From Tepidisphaera sp. (lineage in GTDB: Bacteria > Planctomycetota > Phycisphaerae > Phycisphaerales > UBA1924), in contig CP051526.1 of NCBI GenBank assembly GCA_050916045.1, positions 2,816,001-2,880,000 on the forward strand: a DNA stretch of 64,000 nt, in the 5' to 3' direction. Below are positions 19,076 through 27,736 of this stretch, piece after piece. The translations under genes were made by a program, and so were the position numbers. How positions within the stretch are numbered: position 1 is the stretch's first letter; every line of letters begins with the position of its first letter. Below the pieces are notes generated by a model. It searched no databases. It was not told where the DNA came from and saw only the letters and a list, made by a program, of their open reading frames with translations.

Positions 19076-19726
19076 TCAGCGGCGACGACGCGCGGCGAGC
19101 AGGCCGCCGAGGCCGAGCAGTGCGGCCGCGCCGGGGGTGGGGACGGCGGTGAAACTCACCACTTCCAAAAGGAAGCCGTCGGTCTGGCCGTTGCCCTGCA
19201 CGTAGAAGTCGATGGTGTTCAGGCCGGGCACGAAGCCGCTGGTGATGCTCTGGGGGGCGCTGAGGGAGTAGGTCAAAATGCGGTTTTCGGGGGTGGAGCC
19301 GATGTAGTTGACAAACGAGCCGCCGTTGACGCGGAAGGCGGGGATCCAGGAGCCTCGCAAAGCGAAGATCTCGCCAGAGTCATCGGCCGCCCAGCGAATG
19401 GTGAGGTTGGCGGTGCTGGGGTCATAGCCGGTCAGGTCGAAGGTCTGGCGGAAGACGAAGTAGGTCCAGTTGCCGATGCCTCCGTGACTGCCGCTGGGAA
19501 CATCAGCGATCCAGTCGGGGCGGCCCGGCGTGGTGAGGTTGACGGCCTGGGTGAACGGGTTGACGCCGAAGTTCGAGGCCAAGCCCTCAATCGGGCTGAC
19601 CATGGTCGACACAGTCCACGCAGATGTGGTGCCGACATTCGCCGTCCCGTAGAACACCGGCCCTGCGTGCGACTGACCTGCGCAGGCCGCGAGGGCCAAC
19701 GCACCGATAGCGATCGAAGTCTTCAT
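19076..19726 (-). CDS. Secreted PEP-CTERM-like (exosortase target) protein
   Basis: Signal peptide MKTSIAIGALALAACAGQSHA; C-terminal VPTPGAAALLGLGGLLAARRRR; GAGGAG RBS. Confidence 0.85.
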   Translation of the reverse strand: MKTSIAIGALALAACAGQSHAGPVFYGTANVGTTSAWTVSTMVSPIEGLASNFGVNPFTQAVNLTTPGRPDWIADVPSGSHGGIGNWTYFVFRQTFDLTGYDPSTANLTIRWAADDSGEIFALRGSWIPAFRVNGGSFVNYIGSTPENRILTYSLSAPQSITSGFVPGLNTIDFYVQGNGQTDGFLLEVVSFTAVPTPGAAALLGLGGLLAARRRR

Positions 19727-20150
19727 GCTCTCTCTCCTCAGCCGCCGTTGGGCGGCGATTGTTGACCGCGGCACGCGCACGGCACCAGCCGGGCACGGGG
19801 AAACGCCACTGGAGAAGTATACACCGAATGCCCCTTTGCGAACCAATTTCTGGGCAATCCGCGTGAAAATTGCGCCGTGTGAAGATGGGTAGGATTCGCG
19901 GCTCTGGAAATGGCTCATGCTGCGCCTCCATTCCGTGACCCTCGGATCCCCCACGGGCTCCGATCAACGAAGATCAAGCATCCGATCCGCAGGGGCAGCG
20001 GGCCAGCGACGCGGTGGTTTGGGCGTGCGGATGGGTGCAGGCGCTGCCGCATAGGCCGCACGACCCGCGCAGAGCGCAGGGGCTCATGGGTTATCGGATG
20101 GCACGGGGGCGGTCGCGGTCGTACTCGACTTGGGTGTTCGAGCACAGCGG

Positions 20151-20666
20151 TCAACCGCTCTGCTGCTGGACAAGTTCGCAAGCGGTTGCCATCGGCAGGT
20201 ACATGTGGAGGCGGTCGTCGGTCAGGCTCTGGAACCCGTACTTCGCGTAGAACGCGCGTGATTGCTCGTCCTTCGCATCGACCTCGATCGCGGCTGACGC
20301 GATCGTCTCAGCGACCTTGACCGCGACCCTGAGCGCTTCGACCAGCAGCACGCCCCCGAGTCCCTGGCCACGGAACTTCAGGTCCACCGCGAGCCGACCA
20401 ATGAGCGTGGTCGGAAGCGGCATCTTGGCAGGGAACCCATGACCATCGGGGATCACGCTCACCGTGATGCGACTCGCGGCGAGCGTGAAGTACCCGGCGA
20501 TCTTCCCATCGTGCGAGGCGAGCACGTAGCCGCGCGTGAGGCTCTTCTTGCTGTGCTGCCCCAGCTTGGTCTTGAGGTAGTCGTTGAGCGCGGGGACGCC
20601 GCAGTCGAAGCTGTCTCGATCGTGTCTGGCCTTGTCGAACGGTTCGAACCGGAGCGCGTCAGCCAC
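20151..20666 (-). CDS. GNAT acetyltransferase toxin (TacT/AtaT-like)
   Basis: FDCGVPALNDYLK, LIGRLAVD..FRGQGLGGVLL, VDAKDEQSRAFYAKYGF. Confidence 0.9.
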   Translation of the reverse strand: MADALRFEPFDKARHDRDSFDCGVPALNDYLKTKLGQHSKKSLTRGYVLASHDGKIAGYFTLAASRITVSVIPDGHGFPAKMPLPTTLIGRLAVDLKFRGQGLGGVLLVEALRVAVKVAETIASAAIEVDAKDEQSRAFYAKYGFQSLTDDRLHMYLPMATACELVQQQSG

Positions 20667-20934
20667 CGGTGATCTCCCGGTGCCGCTTGGCCGCTCGACG
20701 GAGCGCCGCGTTCGGGCGAGCCGGCTTGCTGAGCATCGCGAGCAATGCGGTGCTATCGCGCTCCGAAAGCTCACGGGCCTGGATGCGGCTCAGCGTCTTG
20801 TCGGCGGCCAACTCGAGAATCCCGTTGATGAAGCTCGTCACCGTCATGCCGCGGAGCGCGGCGGCTTTCTCCACCTTGGACTTAAGGGGTTCGGGCTGAC
20901 GGATGGTGATCTTGCTGTACCGGATGGTGCTCAT
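20659..20934 (-). CDS. DUF1778 RHH antitoxin (TacA/AtaR-like)
   Basis: ITIR..LKSKVEKAAALRGMTVTSFI..LSERDS..L..PARPNAALRRA; overlaps the GNAT start. Confidence 0.9.
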   Translation of the reverse strand: MSTIRYSKITIRQPEPLKSKVEKAAALRGMTVTSFINGILELAADKTLSRIQARELSERDSTALLAMLSKPARPNAALRRAAKRHREITGG

Positions 20935-20953
20935 GGCGTACCTCTTCCAGAGT

Positions 20954-20972
20954 ATACGGCACAATGCCGTAT
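20954..20972. promoter_or_regulatory. Palindromic operator of the DUF1778-GNAT pair
   Basis: Perfect inverted repeat ATACGGCA-CAA-TGCCGTAT 20 bp upstream of the antitoxin ATG. Confidence 0.65.
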
Positions 20973-21107
20973 CGGGTTCAGGATTCGCAACGGATTTCGC
21001 TCAGAGGACGGTTCTCGGCCCAGACCCAAGCCAAACCGAGGCGTCGTCCCATGATCCGGGCACCGGGAACCGGCCCCGGGAGATGAGGAGTCCGATGATT
21101 CGCCGTC

Positions 21108-22430
21108 GTGCCCCCAGCCGCACCGCTATCGCGATTCGCCATCTGCACCCGCCAGTCGGTGGACACGGCGAAGGACTTCTCGTCCTGCGATGCCCAGTTC
21201 CAGACGTGCCTCGACTGCGCCCGCGCCTTCGGCGATCGCGACGTCGATTGGATCGGCGAGCGGTTCGATGATCAGGGCTGGTCGGGCAGCAGCGTCGATC
21301 GGCCGGCGCTCAAGCGGCTGCGTCAGGCTGTCCGCGAGGGGCGCGTACGCCATGTGTACGCGGTGGCGCTGGACCGTCTGTCGCGAACGATGCGGGATGC
21401 CGTCGTCATCCTCGACGAGTTGGAAGCTGCGGGCGTCGAGTTGCGTCTGGTCCATCAGCCCGGGATCGGCACCTCCGCCGAGGGGCGATTCCTCCGGCAC
21501 ATCATCGCGTCGTTCGCCGAGTTCGAGCGAGAGCTGATCGCCGCTCGCTTGTCCGATACGAGAATGTCTCTCAAGGCGCACGGCCGGAGGCTGGCGGGGC
21601 CGCCGCCGTACGGGTATGACGCCGACCCGAAGTCCAAACAACTCGTGCCCAACGCCCGCGAAGCCAGGCGGCTGCGAGCCATCTTCGAGATGGCCGCCTC
21701 CGGCGTACGGCCGAGCGAGATCGCTCGCCGGGTCAACAAGAAGCGTTGGACAACCAAGAAGCGTCTCTCCATACGGTCCGGCCGCCTGATCGGCGGCGGA
21801 GCGTGGACGGCGCGACAGATTGTCGATGTCCTCAGGAACCCCGTGTGCCTGGGGGTCTTCGCCGACAAGGGCAAGCTCCGCAGCGGCGTGCACGCTCCGA
21901 TCATCGGGCTGGACATGTTCGTCCGCGCCTAGTCCCACCTCGACGCGAGGAGGCGAACGCCGCCGGGGAAGCGAAGCTAGAACCGTTTCCCCCTTCGGGG
22001 CAAGGTCATCTGCCCGGGCTGCGGCCGCCCGATGAGCAGCTACATGGTGACCCGCAAACTGGGTCCCCGGAGCGGGCGCGTCTACAGCTACTACCGGTGC
22101 CGGGCGACATCCGGGGGTCGGCCTCCCTGTCGCGGCCGTCATGTGCAGGCGTTCCGAGTCGAACTGGCCGTGTCGTCGGCACTGGAGCACGCGGAACCGT
22201 GGCGGAGGGCTTTGAGGCTGGAACCGACGCCGGTCCCGGGGTGCGCCGCCGAGGACCTCGTTCGTGGCTGGACCTCCCTGGATCACGCGGCCCGAGCCCG
22301 ATTGATGCCCCGACTGATCGAACGGCTGGAGTTCGATGAGGCCCGCGAGGAGCTGATCATCGTCCTGTCGCCGGACGCTGCAGGAGTCGCAAGTGCCTGC
22401 TTTGCAGGCACTTCCGAAGGCGACTGTTAA
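21108..22430 (+). pseudogene. Second large serine recombinase, interrupted by two in-frame TAG codons
   Basis: RFAICTRQS, LDRLSR, FAEFERELIAAR. TAG at 21930 and 21978, then FPLRGKVICPGCGRPM..YYRC..C in the same frame. Confidence 0.8.
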
Positions 22431-22463
22431 CCGGCAGGTATGTCGTGAGTCAGGGCGATTTAG

Positions 22464-22703
22464 AGGCACACGACGCAGAAACCGGTCGAGATCTTCGCGC
22501 GGCCCATGCGGAAGCACACGCGGCCCGGTGCGGTCTGTTACGAGCCCTTTAGCGGCAGCGGGAGCCAGCTCATCGCGGCGGAGCAACTGGGTCGCCGGTG
22601 CCACGCGATGGAACTCGAGCCGATCTTCGTCGAGGTCGCGGTGCGCCGATGGGAAGCGTTCACGGGGAAGAAGGCGGAGCAGGTAGCGGCGGCGAATCGC
22701 TGA
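22464..22703 (+). pseudogene. C-terminal remnant of an N4/N6 DNA methyltransferase
   Basis: HTTQKPVEIF..YEPFSGSGSQLIAAEQLGRRCHAMELEP; N-terminal part absent. Confidence 0.85.
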
Positions 22704-23861
22704 CTACGCGTTGTCGCCCGTGAGGATCTGGAGGTACTTGTGATAAGCGAACACTCGATCACGTTGCTTGCCGCTCGTCTCGCGGAGGATCCCTACGTCC
22801 GTCGCCACATCGACGGCCTTGCGGGCTGTGGGCGCGGTGACTTTGAGCAATTTGATGACCATCGGGATGGTGACCACGGGATGCTCGGGGAGCAGATCCA
22901 GCAATTGGATGGCCGCAACAGTCGCCCGCTTGTCGGCGGCGAGTTTCTTGCGATCACGCCCGATCAGCGTAAGCAACTGCTCGGCGACCTTGACCCCGTC
23001 GTTGGCGGACTCGATGACGCAGTCGAGGTAGAACTTCGTCCACCCCTCCCAGTCCCCCTTCGTGCGAACGGCCGAGAGATGCTCGTAGTACTCGGCCTGG
23101 TTCCGCTTGAGAGCCAGACTGAGGTACAGCAGCGGGGTTGGGACCAGTTGCCAGTGTTCGAGCAGCAGGGCAATCAGCAGGCGTCCGATACGCCCGTTGC
23201 CGTCGAGGAACGGGTGGATCGTTTCAAACTGCACGTGGGCAAGCCCGGCTTTGATCAGGGGCGGCAGCGGATCTTCGCTGTGTATCCAGCGTTCGAGATC
23301 CGTCATCGCGTCGGCCACGTCTTCGGGCGGGGGCGGAACAAAGCGTGCGTTGCCGGGGCGGGTGCCACCGATCCAGTTCTGGGTTTTGCGGATCTCGCCA
23401 GGTGCTTTGCCCGCACCCCGAACGCCCCGCATGAGCCGTTTGTGCGCTTCGCAGAGCAGCCGAACACTGACGGGGAGCCCGTCGGGCCGCGCGATCTCTC
23501 GGCGGGCATATTCAAGGGCGGCCACGTAGTTGCAGACTTCTTCGACGTCGTCGGGGCGTGCGGCCTCTTGCGTGGCTTCGAACGTCGCCAACTCGCGGAT
23601 CGTGGCCTGCGTTCCTTCGATCTGGGACGAGATGACGGCCTCCTTGCGGACAAAGCCGTACAGGAAGTGGCCGGTGCTGGGAACCATGCGCCCCGCCACT
23701 TCGAGCCTGGCCAGGTGCTTGACCGCAAGGGCGTGGAGCTGCTCAATCTCGCCGGACATGGCCAGCGGGGGTTCGGCGGGCGGGAGCGGGTGCGGCAGGA
23801 ACGCTTGAACAGCCTCGCCCGCGGTGGTGGACGTTCTGTAGTGCCCGGTCGTTCTCGGCAT
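22704..23861 (-). CDS. Fic family protein (N-terminal inhibitory helix, C-terminal HTH)
   Basis: HPFLDGNGRIGR catalytic motif; SSQIEG inhibitory motif. Confidence 0.95.
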   Translation of the reverse strand: MPRTTGHYRTSTTAGEAVQAFLPHPLPPAEPPLAMSGEIEQLHALAVKHLARLEVAGRMVPSTGHFLYGFVRKEAVISSQIEGTQATIRELATFEATQEAARPDDVEEVCNYVAALEYARREIARPDGLPVSVRLLCEAHKRLMRGVRGAGKAPGEIRKTQNWIGGTRPGNARFVPPPPEDVADAMTDLERWIHSEDPLPPLIKAGLAHVQFETIHPFLDGNGRIGRLLIALLLEHWQLVPTPLLYLSLALKRNQAEYYEHLSAVRTKGDWEGWTKFYLDCVIESANDGVKVAEQLLTLIGRDRKKLAADKRATVAAIQLLDLLPEHPVVTIPMVIKLLKVTAPTARKAVDVATDVGILRETSGKQRDRVFAYHKYLQILTGDNA

Positions 23862-23897
23862 GGCTGTGAAACGCTCCTTTCTTTGCGCGGGACTCTA

Positions 23898-23944
23898 GGA
23901 AGCGATCGTTTCTTTGTCGAGCTGGCTAAGAAACGATCGTTTCC
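23898..23944. promoter_or_regulatory. Inverted repeat upstream of the fic gene
   Basis: GGAAGCGATCGTTTCTT-N13-AAGAAACGATCGTTTCC (16/17 match); each arm is itself near-palindromic. Confidence 0.55.
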
Positions 23945-24035
23945 CAGCGGGGGACGTGCCGGGCTGAGCGTGTTGTCCAAGTGAAAGACCCCGCATCAGC
24001 CGGGGTATTGGGAAAGGTGGTGTGCGATGGGTGAT

Positions 24036-24345
24036 TTAGGTGTTGGGAGCGTTCGCGGTGAACAGCCCTCGGTCGGCCTTGCGGAAGCGGGCGTCCTTGC
24101 CCTTGGTCGTGATCTCGCGCACGATGGCGGCGTAGAGCGTGGCGGCGGGCGTCTTCCCGCCGGGGCTGGTCCAGAGGCCCTTGGCGGCCATCATCTCGAT
24201 GAGGGCCTGGGTACCGAGGGGCTCCTTGGAGTCCGCGAGCGGCCGGGCCGCGATGGTGAGGCACCCGTCGGCGCGGGCTTGGCTTCTTTGGCCGCCTTCG
24301 GTGCGCGCTTGCTCTCCTTGTGCTGCTTCCGCTGCTTGCTTGGTG
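24036..24345 (-). pseudogene. Degraded winged-helix (HARE-HTH-like) protein
   Basis: LADSKEPLGTQALIEMMAAKGLWTSPGGKTPAATLYAAIVREITTKGKDARFRKADRGLF read by hand. The Lys/Ala-rich leader is in another frame. Confidence 0.7.
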
Positions 24346-24595
24346 GCCGCTTGCCGCTGGCGTGCTCGCGCACCACTTCCTCTCCGGCGGGCGCCCTATT
24401 GCCCACGCTGCGGGCGGCGGATCCCCAAGACGTGCGTGCTTGAGAACCGGGCCATGTGGAACGCGATCTGCGGACCTTCGTAGTTCAAGCGGCCAGTACT
24501 GGGGGCTTGCGCACGAGTGAAACGAAAAATCCTCGGCTCACGCGGGCACTTTGGAGACGTTCACGCGGCCGCGCGGTACTCCCCTCATCCAGTAC

Positions 24596-24901
24596 CTAGG
24601 CCGGGGGGTCGGTGTGGCCCCACGTTGCCAACCACGCCCCGGCGTTGGCCCGCTGAGCCGCGACGGCGATCGCGTCGATCAACGGGGCCACCCGCTCGTC
24701 GGCGGCCACGGCGGCGCGGTGGTTCGCGGCGTCGGGGTGGTGCGCGTGCATGTGGTTGTAGAAGGCGAGGACGGCGGCCTGGCTTTGGTCGTCGCACATC
24801 AGGCGTTCGAACGCGGCGTCGGCCTCGGTGCTGTGTTGACGCGTGCGCACGACGCCCATGCGGCCTTCAGGATCCGCCACGCGGCCTGCGATGTTCTTCA
24901 T
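24596..24901 (-). CDS. Hypothetical protein or gene fragment
   Basis: GGGGAG RBS and a GC-rich codon pattern; no recognisable motif. Confidence 0.35.
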   Translation of the reverse strand: MKNIAGRVADPEGRMGVVRTRQHSTEADAAFERLMCDDQSQAAVLAFYNHMHAHHPDAANHRAAVAADERVAPLIDAIAVAAQRANAGAWLATWGHTDPPA

Positions 24902-24925
24902 GGTGCTCCCCCCGACCTGCCGCCG

Positions 24926-26407
24926 CTAGCAACCCGCTTCAAATGCCGCCACAAATTCGTCGTAGTCGAAGAAGTCTATGAAGCCGTCCCCGTTGAAATC
25001 CGCACGGCTACCCCCCGACTCAAAGTCGTTCACAAACTCGTCGTAGTCAAAGAAGTCGAGGAAGTCGTCGCAGTTCACATCCGTTCGGCAGATCGTCAGG
25101 GTCACGGGGCTACTGATGGTCGCTCCGCACGCCCCCGCCACCGCCGTGACGACGCAGCGAAACCTCCGCCCGGAAGCGGCCGGATCCATCGACGAGATCC
25201 GCATCGTGGATTCCTGAGCGCCAGCCACCGCGCCCAGCCCGGGCGTGAGGCCCCCGGTCACGTCCGACCATTCGGCCGGCTCGCCTTCGACCTGCCAGTT
25301 GAAGAGGAATTGACCGGTACCTGCGACCTCGACCGAGAGCACCGCAGTCCCCGCCGGACATTTGAGAAGGTCGCCCGATTGCGATGCAAGCCTTGGCGGG
25401 CCGGTAAAGCTCCAAAAATCCCTGAACGCTCCCTGAGCATTCGCTCCGCCGAAAAAGAGCACCCTCGCACCGTCCGGGTCGTACGCCGCGAATGCCGCCG
25501 CACGCGGGGACGGCCCCGGCGCTTCTGCCTCCGCCCACCTCGTGCCGTCCCATTCCCACGTGTCGCGGTGGTAGACGGTGGGATTGCCGTCGGTAAAGCC
25601 GCCAAAGAGCAACACCGTGCCGCGTGCGCCGTTGTACGTCATGGTGTAACCCCGCCGTGGCGACGGCCCGGTGGTCGCCCTCAGAGACCACGCGGCTCCG
25701 TCCCACTCCCATGTGTCGTTGCGCTGCTGTCCAGGCAGGTCGCCCCCGCCGCCAAACATGACGGTGCGTTGGCGAACGGGGTCATACGCGGCGTGCATGT
25801 ACCCCCGAGCGGCAGGCCCGGTCTGGGACACTCTGGCCCAGCTATTTGATTGCGGGTCGTACTCCCACGTGTCGCCGTAGAAATAATTGGGCCTCACGCC
25901 GCCGAAAATGACGACCCGATCTCTCGCTTCGTCATACGCCGCCGCCATGGCATCGCGCACTTCGGGTGGCGTCCCGGTTGGAAACAACTGAGTCCACACG
26001 CCACCATCCCACGCCCACAGATCGTTTCTCGAGACGGTGTCAAACCCGCCGAACAACAGCACGCGACCGCGACGGGCGTCAAAGACCAATCCATTTGAGC
26101 GCCGTGCGCTTGGCCCGTTCGTTGCCGCCAGCGCCCACTCACCCTGCCCAAACTCCCACGTTTCACGGGTATTCTGCGAAGTGAACCCTCCGAACAGCAC
26201 AAATCGCGAGCGAGCTGAATCGAAGACCCCCTGGCCCCACCGGGCGGTGAGCGACGCGGGAGGCGACGGGAGAGCGTCCCAGACGGGGGATGTGCACTGT
26301 GCCTGCGACATCGAGGCGACGCTCAAGGCCGACACCACCCATGCGGTCGGTAACGCACGGATTGCGGCGTCAAGGAGAAGACCAGCTGACTGACTGTTGT
26401 ATGGCAT
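24926..26407 (-). CDS. Secreted kelch-repeat protein with Ig-like domain and C-terminal GC-type dockerin-like anchor
   Basis: Six repeats of P.AR....YD..R...LFGG...DTWEWDG; ends CRTDVNCDDFLDFFDYDEFVNDFE..ADFNGDGFIDFFDYDEFVAAFEAGC; GAGGAGG RBS. Confidence 0.9.
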   Translation of the reverse strand: MPYNSQSAGLLLDAAIRALPTAWVVSALSVASMSQAQCTSPVWDALPSPPASLTARWGQGVFDSARSRFVLFGGFTSQNTRETWEFGQGEWALAATNGPSARRSNGLVFDARRGRVLLFGGFDTVSRNDLWAWDGGVWTQLFPTGTPPEVRDAMAAAYDEARDRVVIFGGVRPNYFYGDTWEYDPQSNSWARVSQTGPAARGYMHAAYDPVRQRTVMFGGGGDLPGQQRNDTWEWDGAAWSLRATTGPSPRRGYTMTYNGARGTVLLFGGFTDGNPTVYHRDTWEWDGTRWAEAEAPGPSPRAAAFAAYDPDGARVLFFGGANAQGAFRDFWSFTGPPRLASQSGDLLKCPAGTAVLSVEVAGTGQFLFNWQVEGEPAEWSDVTGGLTPGLGAVAGAQESTMRISSMDPAASGRRFRCVVTAVAGACGATISSPVTLTICRTDVNCDDFLDFFDYDEFVNDFESGGSRADFNGDGFIDFFDYDEFVAAFEAGC

Positions 26408-26926
26408 GTCGTATCCTCCTCGGGGAGTATACACGGAACCGGCCGCTCGCGCGCACCCGCTTTGCTTTCCAAAGCGACTGTCGTTACCGCCCGCCGTCGA
26501 GCTTGACGATCTGCAGCCGCGCCCAGTCCTTCCACGCGTCCGTCTCGCCGCGTGTGGCGATCTCGGAGAGATTGGCACGGACTTCAGCGCGAGAATCGGG
26601 GTCGCGATCGGGAAGCGCGACGACGTGGCGCTCGACCCGCTCGCATCCGTTCACCCGAACGTCGGAGAGTCGAAGTCGAATCCCGACGCGCACCGGTTTC
26701 TCCTGGGCGCTCACCTCTTCGCAGGAAGGTGGGTTGAGGCGAACCGGGAGCGGTACGAGGACGTGTGGGCGGCAAACATCCCGTCTTGACGTGAAAGTGC
26801 ACACCGCCGCACAACGGTTGGCATGGCAAACACCCATGCTCAAGACACCGTTAAGGCCGCTAACTATTTCTGCCGCATAGGTGCCACAACGATGCACCGA
26901 CTCAACTCCAAGAGCCTGACGTCCCC

Positions 26927-27736
26927 TCACGATTGCAATCGATCCGCTGACTCCTTGTCGTCGAGTCGCGGCTCGGCCAGCCGGTAGCCCAGGCCGGGCT
27001 CGGTAATGACGAAACGCGGCTGAGCCGGATCGGCTTCGAGCTTCTTTCGGAGTTCGCCGGCGTACACGCGGAGGTACTGCACGTCGCTGGTGTGTTGCGG
27101 GCCCCATACTTCCTTGAGGACCATCTGGTGCGTAAGCACCTTGCCCGCATGCTTAGCGAGGAACGCCAGGAGCTTGAACTCCATGGGTGTGAGGCGGACT
27201 TCGCGGCGTCCGTTGGCATCGGTGACGTGCACGAGCCGCGCGACGGGATCTACTCGCAGCGTGCGTCCATCGATGGTGGCTTCGTAGGGCTTCGGTTCGC
27301 CGCTCGCGCTTCGAGAACCCGCCAGAGCGGAGTGCCGCAGCGCGACTCGGATGCGGGCGAGCAGTTCGCCGACGCCGAAGGGCTTGGTGAGATAGTCGTC
27401 CGCGCCGGCGTCGAGCGCTGCGACCTTGTCGCTCTCCTGTCCGCGGGCCGAGAGCACGACAATCGGCACGGACGATTCTTTGCGGATGGTCTTGGTGACC
27501 TGCAGACCGTCGCCGTCAGGAAGACCGAGATCGAGCAGGATGAGGTCGGGGCGGATAGTGACGGCTTGGAGCACGCCGTCGCGAGCGGTGCTGCATTCTT
27601 TGACTCGGAAGTGGTTCGCTTCGAGCGTGGCTCGGAGGAACCGACGGATCGGCTCCTCGTCCTCGATGATGAGGATGAGCGGGGCGTGCCCGGAAGGTGG
27701 TATCGCCGTCGTGGGGGTTGCGCGTGCTTCGCTCAT
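26927..27736 (-). CDS. kdpE: OmpR-family response regulator KdpE
   Basis: IIEDE, LLDLGLPDGDG, DYLTKPFG, wHTH YLRVY..LRKKLEADPAQP; follows kdpD. Confidence 0.95.
   Translation of the reverse strand: MSEARATPTTAIPPSGHAPLILIIEDEEPIRRFLRATLEANHFRVKECSTARDGVLQAVTIRPDLILLDLGLPDGDGLQVTKTIRKESSVPIVVLSARGQESDKVAALDAGADDYLTKPFGVGELLARIRVALRHSALAGSRSASGEPKPYEATIDGRTLRVDPVARLVHVTDANGRREVRLTPMEFKLLAFLAKHAGKVLTHQMVLKEVWGPQHTSDVQYLRVYAGELRKKLEADPAQPRFVITEPGLGYRLAEPRLDDKESADRLQS

Larger units (their letters stand above)
7223..26800. mobile_element. Decaying integrative element/genomic island (DUF2924-large serine recombinase type); boundaries approximate
   Basis: Two serine recombinases, DUF2924, sigma-like gene, phage AAA_24 ATPase, MTase remnant, two TA pairs, Fic, transposase remnant. 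Confidence 0.7.

Noticed and set aside
26484..26800. Possible gene fragment ending ...DAWKDWARLQIVKLDGGR
   Set aside because: No convincing start or recognisable family, so it cannot be supported.
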